From Candidatus Heimdallarchaeota archaeon (GTDB lineage Archaea > Asgardarchaeota > Heimdallarchaeia > Heimdallarchaeales > Heimdallarchaeaceae), in NCBI GenBank assembly GCA_030668875.1, contig DAOVER010000027.1, positions 1 through 32,000 of the forward strand: a stretch of 32,000 bases of DNA, given 5' to 3'. The translations under genes and the position numbers were made by a program. Of this stretch, positions 8,244 to 16,976 are shown in pieces; position 1 is the stretch's first letter; each line of letters begins with the position of its first letter. A model generated the notes under the pieces. That model saw only the letters and a list, made by a program, of their open reading frames with translations, did no database searches and had not been told where the DNA came from.

Positions 8244-10346
8244 TTATTTTCTTCTTCTTTTGGAGAATCCTATTACTGTAATTACCATGGCTATGAAAAT
8301 CATTGTAGCAGGAATATAACTGACAATAAAAGTGCCATCATTTGGATCTATCTCTGTATAAAAATCATCATAAATTGAGATGTTTAGTTTGTAAAAGATA
8401 CTCGAAGAAGAATCTGTAATCCAAAGATATCCATCATCATCATAACAAATGCCATTTGGATTGATTTGTTGAAATTGATACTCCTGTACTATAGTATTAT
8501 TTTCTGGGAAAATCCGGAAAATTGTTCGTAAATCTTTATCACATACCCACAAGAATATACCATCATACACCATCCCTTTTATATTAGGTCCAGGTGTTGT
8601 TATTTCGGAAATAATTGATCCATCGTTTAAATCAATTTTATATATCTTAGCAGTCTGCTTATTTCCTACAAACATATAAGGATCATTAGAATCAGTATTG
8701 AAAACTGTAAGTCCATTTTCATAGATTACATCGATTTGTAGAATTTCCACAGTATTGAAGTTTTCATCTAATATGTACAGATATGACTTGCCTTTCTCCA
8801 TACAGAAGAAGTGTGATCCATTTGTATCAAAGTTATTAATTCTTATCCCTGAAATCTCCCAAGAATCTACAAACTCCTTAGTTAGTGAATCAAATTGATG
8901 AATAACATCTGTTCTTTGTGTAGCAACCAGCAAGTTATCGTTATAAGAAACGATCCCACTAGGATTTGAGTCAGGGGAGACAAAATACGAATCTACATAG
9001 CTATCATGAAGAATTGATTCAGAGACATTAATACTAATTTGCAAATTCCTAACCCAAAATTCTTGATTCCAATCCATAGACCAACCATCACTAAAGTAAA
9101 AAAAGAGAATAATCTCTTCGTATCCATCTAAAATGAATGTTTTATTGTATTGTTCAAAATCAGTCATTGGAATGTCAGAACTTAAAATAACTGGATAATT
9201 GAATATTTCTTGTTTAAATACAGAATCACAAATTCTAACATCTAATCTTGCAGCATAAGTATAATCAGAAATAGCTTTTCCTTCAAAGGATAAACTGAGT
9301 AAACCATTAGTAACAGGGATCGAAGCACTAGCACCAACCCACAAATCATGTGTATAACCTTCTTCAAGTACATGAAGAACAGTATCATTGACATCATAAA
9401 TCAAAGGTTCATAGGGAGAAACATTTAGAGGTAAAGAGCAATCTCTCTCACATACTCCGAAGGACCAGTCAAAGTCACCTATTGTAAGGAAAGGTTCTTC
9501 AGAAACACGAACATAAGTTTGATCTATTGCAGAATTATTGAATCGGTCTGTTACATTAATAGTAAATGTGTGGGTTCCTATTTCTAAATTATCAACATTA
9601 AGACTCACTGTATCAAGATTATTCCAACCTCTCGATTCCACCAATTCTTCATCTTTATAAATCTCAAAAGTACCAGGGCATGAATCAGAAAGTGTCCAGC
9701 TGATTTGATTACCATAGGAACTTTGTTCAATAAATAAATCCCCACTACTAGAAATTACAGGAGAATCTTCGTCAATAAACTCTTCAAAAGCAAGATTCCT
9801 TATCCATACTTCTTGGTTCCAATTAGCAGTTGTTGCATCAATGAAGAAAAAGAAAAGATAAACCTCAGTATACCCTTCTAATTCAAAACGATAATTAAAT
9901 TGATGATAACCGGTATCAAAAGGTGCAAAGTCTATTTCTCCTTGTAAATCGTAAGCACGAGCACCTGTTAAATACTTCATATCAGAAGAATTTATAGTAA
10001 GGAGACCAAAAGTGACAGCTTCTTTGATATCTGCTAGAGCTCTAGCTTCAAAAGTTAGAGAGAGAACACCATCAGTAACTGGAACTAAGGCATATACACC
10101 AGCAAAATAGTGATATTCGCCTCCAGAGGTTTCAAAAATATGAATGTGAGTGGAGTTAATCTCACTATCAAAATTCGCAGGAGTGTAATCTGCAAAACCT
10201 GTTTCGTAATTAGGTAGGAAACTACCTTCATTCCAAGTTAAATCCTCAATTATTGTACCGATTTCAGAAGAAAAACTAACTGCTACAATTGTACAAGTCA
10301 TTAGAAGGATAATAATAGTTGTTATTGAAAGTTTCTTCCCATTCAT
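8244..10346 (-). CDS. Membrane-anchored cell-surface protein: two repeated beta-sandwich domains flanking an Ig-like domain, plus a beta-propeller and C-terminal TM
   Basis: Signal MNGKKLSITTIIILLMTCTIVAVSFS (ATG 10346; 10352 is an alternative). Internal duplication (VPVTDGVLSLTFEAR / IPVTNGLLSLSFEGK; WNQEVWIRNL / WNQEFWVRNL). Ig-like DSPVISS...ISWTLSD...THTFTINVTD. Propeller blades PNGICYDDDGYLWITD. TM followed by KRRRK. Confidence 0.85.
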   Translation of the reverse strand: MNGKKLSITTIIILLMTCTIVAVSFSSEIGTIIEDLTWNEGSFLPNYETGFADYTPANFDSEINSTHIHIFETSGGEYHYFAGVYALVPVTDGVLSLTFEARALADIKEAVTFGLLTINSSDMKYLTGARAYDLQGEIDFAPFDTGYHQFNYRFELEGYTEVYLFFFFIDATTANWNQEVWIRNLAFEEFIDEDSPVISSSGDLFIEQSSYGNQISWTLSDSCPGTFEIYKDEELVESRGWNNLDTVSLNVDNLEIGTHTFTINVTDRFNNSAIDQTYVRVSEEPFLTIGDFDWSFGVCERDCSLPLNVSPYEPLIYDVNDTVLHVLEEGYTHDLWVGASASIPVTNGLLSLSFEGKAISDYTYAARLDVRICDSVFKQEIFNYPVILSSDIPMTDFEQYNKTFILDGYEEIILFFYFSDGWSMDWNQEFWVRNLQISINVSESILHDSYVDSYFVSPDSNPSGIVSYNDNLLVATQRTDVIHQFDSLTKEFVDSWEISGIRINNFDTNGSHFFCMEKGKSYLYILDENFNTVEILQIDVIYENGLTVFNTDSNDPYMFVGNKQTAKIYKIDLNDGSIISEITTPGPNIKGMVYDGIFLWVCDKDLRTIFRIFPENNTIVQEYQFQQINPNGICYDDDGYLWITDSSSSIFYKLNISIYDDFYTEIDPNDGTFIVSYIPATMIFIAMVITVIGFSKRRRK
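9035..10235 (-). repeat. Intragenic domain duplication (copies approx. 9788-10235 and 9035-9467)
   Basis: Two ~145-aa segments share aligned motifs (H..E.G; VPVT.G.LSL.FE; F.L.GY.E..LFF.F.D....WNQE.W.RNL). Confidence 0.8.
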
Positions 10347-10512
10347 ATACATAATTAGTAACTTGAACCTTTTTAAACTAATCTCTCTATCTTCAAGTCT
10401 TTTTCTGACTATTAGCACTTTCTAGAGCTAAATGAAGAACAAAAAAGCTACCACCTTTATAAACGAATTTGGGGAATAGTAGACTGAATCAACAATAAAA
10501 GGTTAAAGACAA

Positions 10513-11979
10513 ATGGCTACATCCCTAGATTCATTACCGTTATTAAGAGATGGGAAGGAATATTTAAGTCAAAGCAGAAAGACTTTGATTGGAACTAAAG
10601 GGGAAAAACTGCTGGACGTTGCATTGGCACCTGAAATCCACATTCAGATGAGTCTTCCAATTAACAAAAAAGCAGGTTTTTCACTATTACAAGATTTAAG
10701 CATAGATGAAATTGTAGACATTTATGTTGACGCTGGAAGAATTTTCGCTCAAGATATGTTAATTAATAACATCTCGACCTCACTGGATGATTTTGCAGAA
10801 TTGATCACGCGTTCCACAGGGATGCCCATCACCTATGTGAACAACGCTTTGAATATGATCCCACATGTTTTCAAGAAAAGAGAACTAAAAAGGATTCTAA
10901 AAGCAAACAGCCCAACAGGAAATCTAGATATTTACGATGACAATTTTGGAGTAAGAGGGAATACACGTTTTGGTTGGAGTCCAAGAGGAAGAAATGTTGG
11001 CGTTGCACTACCGGGTAACCATCCTGGAGTATCGCTTATGGGCGCTTTAATGCCTCTTTTCAAGATGCCAGCTATATTGCGAGCATCATCTAATGAACCC
11101 TTTACTTCTTTCCGTATTTGCAAGAGTTTGTGGGAAGCAGGACTACCACCTGAATCATTATTTCACTTTGTTACAGATCACTCTGTAGTAGACACTATCG
11201 TTAGAAAAAGTGACCTTGGAGTGATATTTGGCTCAGATTGGATCCTAAAAGCTTACGAACATAATGAGAACATCAAGACTTATGGTCCCGGTAAGAGCAA
11301 GATACTTATCGATATTGAAAACATGTCCCCTACTCTACAAGAACTATCTCAAGAAATAGCATATAGAAGTATCTCTTTAGATGGTGGAAGAGGGTGTATC
11401 AATGCAAGTGGAATTGTTTACAATGGTGATGACGGTTACGAAGAATTTCGAGATAATTTAGCTCAAAAATTAGCTTCAGCAGAACCTTTGGATCCAATGA
11501 ATCCACGTGCAGAGATTCCAGCTATGAACCCTGATGCTGCAAGAGGACTTTATAAATTCATTAAAAGTCGGATGGATGATAAAATCACAAACATTACGGC
11601 GAAAATCAGAGACTCTGAAGATTTTCTTGTAATAAAAGATGACTTAGCTTATCTCATGCCAACCTTACTTGAGTTGGATGAAAAACATTCTATGAGAACT
11701 GATGAGTACCCATTTGCTTTTGGGACAATAACAAAACCAAACGATTACTATCCTGAGGAGCTTTTAGAAAATTCCTTATCCGTAGGCTATCTTACTGATC
11801 ACCCAAATGAAGCTAAGAAACTACTTCGTAATCCAACCATCCAGAAAATATTTGTTAATGATCAAACATTTCTAATGGATATTGCAGCGCCTCATGAAGG
11901 ATTTAACGCAGAATTTCTCTACAGAAGCAAAGCAACAAATTATGATGGAGTTAATAACTTTCTAAAAACTGATAATTGA
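10513..11979 (+). CDS. Aldehyde dehydrogenase superfamily protein, LuxC-like acyl-CoA/acyl-protein reductase
   Basis: PGNHP (oxyanion Asn), RASSNEPFT (LuxC-like K/R-x-SS-x-D/EP), catalytic Cys in GGRGCINAS. YGPGKSKILI sits where hydrolytic ALDHs have ELGGK. Confidence 0.8.
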   Translation: MATSLDSLPLLRDGKEYLSQSRKTLIGTKGEKLLDVALAPEIHIQMSLPINKKAGFSLLQDLSIDEIVDIYVDAGRIFAQDMLINNISTSLDDFAELITRSTGMPITYVNNALNMIPHVFKKRELKRILKANSPTGNLDIYDDNFGVRGNTRFGWSPRGRNVGVALPGNHPGVSLMGALMPLFKMPAILRASSNEPFTSFRICKSLWEAGLPPESLFHFVTDHSVVDTIVRKSDLGVIFGSDWILKAYEHNENIKTYGPGKSKILIDIENMSPTLQELSQEIAYRSISLDGGRGCINASGIVYNGDDGYEEFRDNLAQKLASAEPLDPMNPRAEIPAMNPDAARGLYKFIKSRMDDKITNITAKIRDSEDFLVIKDDLAYLMPTLLELDEKHSMRTDEYPFAFGTITKPNDYYPEELLENSLSVGYLTDHPNEAKKLLRNPTIQKIFVNDQTFLMDIAAPHEGFNAEFLYRSKATNYDGVNNFLKTDN

Positions 11980-11984
11980 TTAAT

Positions 11985-12020
11985 CTCCCTCTTTTTCCTA
12001 TTACATTTACTTTTTATTTT
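11985..12020 (+). terminator. Probable oligo-T archaeal terminator after the reductase gene
   Basis: Pyrimidine/T tracts ctccctctttttccta...tttttatttt immediately after the stop. Confidence 0.4.
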
Positions 12021-12039
12021 GTAACAAATTAGTACTCTT

Positions 12040-12180
12040 ATGATTTGCCCTCGTTGTCGTAATGTGCAGAAGAAAAAAGTTTCTATGAAAACAGTAAAAC
12101 GAAAAGGTGGGTTTCACAAACAAACAAAATTCCAATGTCCTAATTGCGGACTCATACGCATGAAAAAGAATAGGAACTAG
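12040..12180 (+). CDS. Small basic Cys4 zinc-finger protein (46 aa; CPxC...CPxCG)
   Basis: MICPRCRNVQKKKVSMKTVKRKGGFHKQTKFQCPNCGLIRMKKNRN*. The two CxxC knuckles are in zinc-ribbon spacing. Below the ORF-track length cut-off. Confidence 0.75.
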   Translation: MICPRCRNVQKKKVSMKTVKRKGGFHKQTKFQCPNCGLIRMKKNRN

Positions 12181-12373
12181 AAATCTTATTTGGATTTAGA
12201 TTTGATTTTCACAGAGAAAGAAGATATGATACTAGCTAATAAACACTCATAAATATTTTCTCATTCTTTGAACTGCATTAACAGTAAATAACAAAAAAGT
12301 CAGCTTTTTTTGATGAAAATTGTTCTCAGTATATAAACCAATTTCAGAATAATAAGTAAACGATCTTTGCAGC

Positions 12374-12399
12374 AACTCAATTTCAAACAAAATTGAGTT
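12374..12399. promoter_or_regulatory. Perfect 10-bp inverted repeat (candidate operator or 5'UTR hairpin) upstream of the Hef-like/XPD operon
   Basis: AACTCAATTT-CAAACA-AAATTGAGTT, located between a TATA-like GTATATAAA (about 12330-12338) and the start at 12416. Confidence 0.5.
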
Positions 12400-12415
12400 C
12401 AGTTAGATATCTTGT

Positions 12416-14206
12416 GTGGATAAGATGAAGGAAAAAGGAGATACATTTAGTCAAATTGTGTTGGGAGTTGCTTCAAAGGAAAACACTCTCCTATTCCTCA
12501 CGCCATATTATGACAAATCTCATGTATCGTCAATTCTAATCAGATATTTCTTAAAAAAACATCCTGAACAAAAAATTGGTATAATCCTACCTGATACGGA
12601 TGTTTTCAATGAGTATTATTCTAAACTCAGTTCAGAAAAGGAAGATGTTTTTCATCTAACTACAGTTAATTCTTCAGATTCTGATGATAGTCGGAGAGAG
12701 AAGTATTCCAAAAACAACATCTTAATCATCACCCCTCACCTACTAAGGAACGATACTTTCCGCAAATTTATCTCTCCTAATCAATTCAGATTACTCATAG
12801 TTGATCAATCTCATTTAGCTAAAGGAAAACACGCAATTGTTAAGCTTCTAGAAATCTTTCATCAGAATAATCCTATGGTCAGAACAGTAGGATATACTTC
12901 CCATAATCTTAACAAGGTTGAAAATATAGTCGAGATTTGTAAGAATCTCTTAATCATGAAAATAGAGGTTTATGAAAATTTTAGTCCCCGCGCTGCTTAC
13001 GAGAGAACAAAGGCAAAAGAGCAAACAATTATCGTCCCTCTGAATAAACCAATCTACGATTTCTGTTTTGAAATTAATCGGTATATTAGAGAATACACAG
13101 AATTTCTTAAGAGTAAAGGAATCATTAAACCCATAACTGTCAGAAAGAATTTTCCACAATTTATTTCTGATGTCCGTTCCAAATTCGAACAAAATGAACA
13201 ACGGATCATTATTCGCAAAACTATTGAGTTAATTAATTTTCAGATGTTGAAAGATTTAATAGAGACTTCAGGTACAAAAGCAGCTATACGTTACATGGAA
13301 AATCTCCGAGCTAGAGTGGTCAAAACAGAAGAAGCTGAATATATCAAAAATCTACATGTTAATTTCGTTCGAACACCAATTTTCGCTGAGTTTTTAGAAG
13401 AACTTAATCAAATAAGCGAGAAGACCAACCACCCAAAGTTTTCAAGGTTAAAACAGTTAGTCCATCAATTAAAAATGAAAAGGAACTTCTCTCAATTTCA
13501 GGTTATTGCATCAAATAAAGCTGTTTTAGCTAGTCTACCAGCTTATTTCGATGAAATTGGTATGCAAAGTAAGATTGTATCTCCAAGTAGAAAAAAGGAA
13601 AAAGAGAGTGTGATTGATGACTTCAAGAATGGAAATATTCAAGTGCTTATCTCTAGTAAGGTTTTGGATATTAAATCAGATGCTTTAATCTTCTTTAATA
13701 ATCCAATAAAATATACAACTTTTATTGAAAGAGCAAGTAGTGAGAGCGAGGTTTACATACTGCTCACACACAGATCTAATGAAGAGAGAGTATATCACAA
13801 TTTTAGAAACCGTGAGAAGAATTTTAAGAATAAGTTAGATGACCCGCGCATTCATCAAATCTTAGTACAAAACCAACAACAGATGTTCAAGAAAAATATG
13901 GACAAAAAGATGGATGTTAGAACTAGAGCAATGGTGAATGTAGTTAGTGCTTTAGCAAAAAATAGGAAAGAGAAAAAGGGTATAAGAAAAGAAGTCGAAC
14001 ATAATTTGGAAGAACTGAAGTACATCCAATTTCTAACAAAATGCTCAATAGAAGATGCAAAGTTGATTTTCAATGAAAATCCGGAAATTGAAAAAATCAA
14101 ACCTGATTTATCTACACAGAAACTATTGAAGAATATTTTCTCTGAAAAAAAAGCAGAACATTTGTTTAGTAACATAAAAGGAAGGAAAGAACTTGTATCA
14201 ACTTAA
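12416..14206 (+). CDS. Hef/FANCM/XPF-like SF2 helicase homologue with degenerate catalytic motifs (pseudo-helicase)
   Basis: Collinear with Hef: KENTLLFL, IITPHLLRND, LLIVDQSH, HPKFSRLKQL, NEERVY..FRNREK. Walker A is TPYYDKS, motif II is DQSH, motif VI (QRxGRxGR) is absent. Confidence 0.8.
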   Translation: MDKMKEKGDTFSQIVLGVASKENTLLFLTPYYDKSHVSSILIRYFLKKHPEQKIGIILPDTDVFNEYYSKLSSEKEDVFHLTTVNSSDSDDSRREKYSKNNILIITPHLLRNDTFRKFISPNQFRLLIVDQSHLAKGKHAIVKLLEIFHQNNPMVRTVGYTSHNLNKVENIVEICKNLLIMKIEVYENFSPRAAYERTKAKEQTIIVPLNKPIYDFCFEINRYIREYTEFLKSKGIIKPITVRKNFPQFISDVRSKFEQNEQRIIIRKTIELINFQMLKDLIETSGTKAAIRYMENLRARVVKTEEAEYIKNLHVNFVRTPIFAEFLEELNQISEKTNHPKFSRLKQLVHQLKMKRNFSQFQVIASNKAVLASLPAYFDEIGMQSKIVSPSRKKEKESVIDDFKNGNIQVLISSKVLDIKSDALIFFNNPIKYTTFIERASSESEVYILLTHRSNEERVYHNFRNREKNFKNKLDDPRIHQILVQNQQQMFKKNMDKKMDVRTRAMVNVVSALAKNRKEKKGIRKEVEHNLEELKYIQFLTKCSIEDAKLIFNENPEIEKIKPDLSTQKLLKNIFSEKKAEHLFSNIKGRKELVST

Positions 14207-15986
14207 CGAAGAAGAGACACAGTACTGGGAAACGGTCAAAATCTTATTTCCTTACCCTCAGATGAAGTTACCTCAGCAAAAAATAATTCAATCAATAATT
14301 TCATCATCTAACCCTTTGCTCGTAAGTTCTCATACAGGTGTTGGGAAGACAGCTGCAGTTATGGCTGCATATCTAGCTATTAAAAAACCCGATGAAAAGA
14401 TAATTGTTTTTGTAAGAACCAAAGCTCAAATCAACGTATTCCTCAGAGAATTATCTAATATACACAATCAGATAGTTCAACATTGGAACATTCTCGAAGA
14501 CCATTTTGGGAATTTCCCGATATTCTTACCCTTTCTTGGGAAAAACGAATTGTGTTTGAAAGCTAAGAAAGAGTATCCTGGAGAGATGTATACACACATC
14601 TGTAACTTAACCAGATGCCCTTTAAAAGCTAAAACACAGAGAGCAACAAGAGAAGATTTACTAGATTCAGTAAGAGGACTATATCATTCCTTTTCACATA
14701 TTATTTCTAGAGAAGACCTATATTCAAATCTGAATGCAAAAAACTATTGTCCATATTTCTATTCATATTATCTCATGCAAAAAGCAGATGTTATTATAAC
14801 CTCATATCCTTTCCTTGAGAACCAAGCATTATTTGCAAGATTGTTCTATAGTATTGATACACCGATTTCAAAGACACTTGCTCTAGTTGATGAAGCTCAC
14901 AATTTGTATAAACCCATCAATCAAGAAATCAATAAAAAAATTATTGAAAACGCTCTAGAAGAGTTATCGAACAGTATTTTCTCCGATTTGTTGGATTTAA
15001 CCAATAATAACAAAGTAATTGAAATAGATTTTTCAGAGCTAGAAATAAAACGATTGGAAGAGGATTTATTCAGTTTACTTCAGTCACAAATGGCTTACAA
15101 ACAACCCATGGCTTTCAATGCATATCTTGCTTATCATTTCTTGAAGTCAGCTCAAAACAAAAAGGTAATTTCGGATGGAAAGAAATTGTTAGTAGTTAAT
15201 ACTAGATCATCAGACATTTTAAGCAATTTCAGCAAAGCAAAACGATTGACACTTATGTCTGGGAGTTTAGAACCTGTCCGTTCATATCAAAGAATCTTCC
15301 AATTACCCCGTTCTAGAACATTGAGAGTTTTACCTCCTAAAGAAGAAATTGAGAGTAGATATTTTGTTGTTGTTAACCAGAAATTGAATGCTAAGTATGA
15401 TAATAGAACACCTGAATATTATATCCTTGTAAGTAGCACGATTAGAAATCTTTTCGAAGAAATACCAGGACACACACTTGTTTTTGTTCCAAGCTATAGT
15501 TATATCGAAAAATTACTTGACACAAATGTGCTTCAACCAGATATTGTAGAATCACCTGGGCAAGATATTACAACTTTACAAGCAATCATTGCCAGCTCAG
15601 AAGAGAAAAAACTAATAATTTGCGTTACTGGAGGAAAAATAGCTGAAGGAATTGAATTTACGGTAGATGGCAAAAGTCTAATTAAAGGAATAATCATAAC
15701 CGCACTACCATTCCCCCCTCCATCAGAAGAGAACAAAATCATTCATGAAGACTTATCAAAACGGTTCGATCCTAAACTTGCTCGAGATTTTTCATTAATA
15801 ATACCAATGCTCCAACGCTTATCTCAAAGCTTTGGAAGAGCTATAAGAAATAAGGGTGATAAAGCAGTTCACATTCTTTTAGATCCAAGAGGTACAAAGT
15901 ATACTCGTGAGTTCAATTTCGAACGGCATACATCTATTAAAACGTTGAAAGAGAAGATAAAGTTGTTTTTTAAAGAATTTAAGTGA
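14193..15986 (+). CDS. xpd: XPD/Rad3/DinG-family Fe-S DNA helicase
   Basis: Q motif FPY..MK..Q, Walker A HTGVGKT, four Fe-S Cys (GKNELC, HIC, TRC, YCPY), DEAH, motif III SGSL, GGKIAEGI, motif VI QSFGRAIR. TTG start overlaps the upstream gene by 14 nt. Confidence 0.92.
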   Translation: MYQLNEEETQYWETVKILFPYPQMKLPQQKIIQSIISSSNPLLVSSHTGVGKTAAVMAAYLAIKKPDEKIIVFVRTKAQINVFLRELSNIHNQIVQHWNILEDHFGNFPIFLPFLGKNELCLKAKKEYPGEMYTHICNLTRCPLKAKTQRATREDLLDSVRGLYHSFSHIISREDLYSNLNAKNYCPYFYSYYLMQKADVIITSYPFLENQALFARLFYSIDTPISKTLALVDEAHNLYKPINQEINKKIIENALEELSNSIFSDLLDLTNNNKVIEIDFSELEIKRLEEDLFSLLQSQMAYKQPMAFNAYLAYHFLKSAQNKKVISDGKKLLVVNTRSSDILSNFSKAKRLTLMSGSLEPVRSYQRIFQLPRSRTLRVLPPKEEIESRYFVVVNQKLNAKYDNRTPEYYILVSSTIRNLFEEIPGHTLVFVPSYSYIEKLLDTNVLQPDIVESPGQDITTLQAIIASSEEKKLIICVTGGKIAEGIEFTVDGKSLIKGIIITALPFPPPSEENKIIHEDLSKRFDPKLARDFSLIIPMLQRLSQSFGRAIRNKGDKAVHILLDPRGTKYTREFNFERHTSIKTLKEKIKLFFKEFK

Positions 15987-16005
15987 ACACTCATCACGAT
16001 GAAGA

Positions 16006-16902
16006 TTAAACATCTCTGAAATTTCTAGCGATTACCAATCCAAAAACTTCTGTTCCAGTATGACATGTGATTATATTTCCAAGAAGAAAATCCACCAATT
16101 TTGTTATTTTTGGGATCTTCATCTTAAGAAGCTTTTCTCTGAAATAATCATTTTTTTCTCTAGGTCTTAACTGTGCAAAACTTATGTGAATTTCATCATC
16201 CTTATTAAAGAATTCCTGAATCAATCGAATAATTTTGTTTATTGCTCGCTCAAATCCTATCTCTCTTCCCACAGATTTAAGTTTACCACCCACAAGTGAT
16301 AATATAGGATAAGCATGGAGAAGATCTCCTAACAGATATGTTGCCCTTCCGATTCTACCACCTTCAAATAGTTTTTTTAAATCTGAAACTGTAAAAAAAA
16401 CTTTGATGTCATGATCTCTGCTCTCATCTAATTTTTTAATAATCTCGTCTACTTCTAACCCTTGATCTACCAATTGTTTAGCAATCATAGCTAGATACCC
16501 AGCAGCAAGTGAAACACCTTTAGAATCATAAACTGTTATTCCAGAACAATTCGGGTTTTTTCTTTTAAACTGCTTGATCACACTTCTTATAGCATTTATA
16601 GTCCCAGAAAGTTTTTCACCTACATGTATCATTATAAGATGATCATAATCTTGGTGTTTCTCTATTGCTTCCCATATGCTACTGGGGCTAGGTAAACTTG
16701 TTTGAGACTTCTTTGAATTATCAATCATGTCATAGAATTCTGATTGAGGAATAGAGCCATCGTCTAGAATGTCTTCACCATCAATTACTACATAACATGG
16801 AATAACTTCTAAATCGTGTTTTTCGACTTGTTCTGGTGTAAGATTACCTGTAGAATCAGTAATAATTTTGATTTTCACATCATTCAAAAAGAATAACTTC
16901 AT
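16006..16902 (-). CDS. degV: DegV family fatty-acid-binding protein
   Basis: IITDST, TSLPS, EKLSGT, VYDSKGVSLAAG, L..GGRIG, YPIL, CHTG motifs typical of DegV/FakB. Confidence 0.93.
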   Translation of the reverse strand: MKLFFLNDVKIKIITDSTGNLTPEQVEKHDLEVIPCYVVIDGEDILDDGSIPQSEFYDMIDNSKKSQTSLPSPSSIWEAIEKHQDYDHLIMIHVGEKLSGTINAIRSVIKQFKRKNPNCSGITVYDSKGVSLAAGYLAMIAKQLVDQGLEVDEIIKKLDESRDHDIKVFFTVSDLKKLFEGGRIGRATYLLGDLLHAYPILSLVGGKLKSVGREIGFERAINKIIRLIQEFFNKDDEIHISFAQLRPREKNDYFREKLLKMKIPKITKLVDFLLGNIITCHTGTEVFGLVIARNFRDV

Positions 16903-16976
16903 TAAAAAACTATTTTGTTTTTATGAGTAGAGAATAGTAAGCTAACACTTTTATTTCCAGTGACATAACTTTTTCC

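Noticed and set aside
7337-15742. Minus-strand ORFs 7337-7681, 10932-11123, 12950-13201, 13855-14175 and 15533-15742
   Set aside because: All are antisense to long, motif-supported genes, with no recognisable domains.
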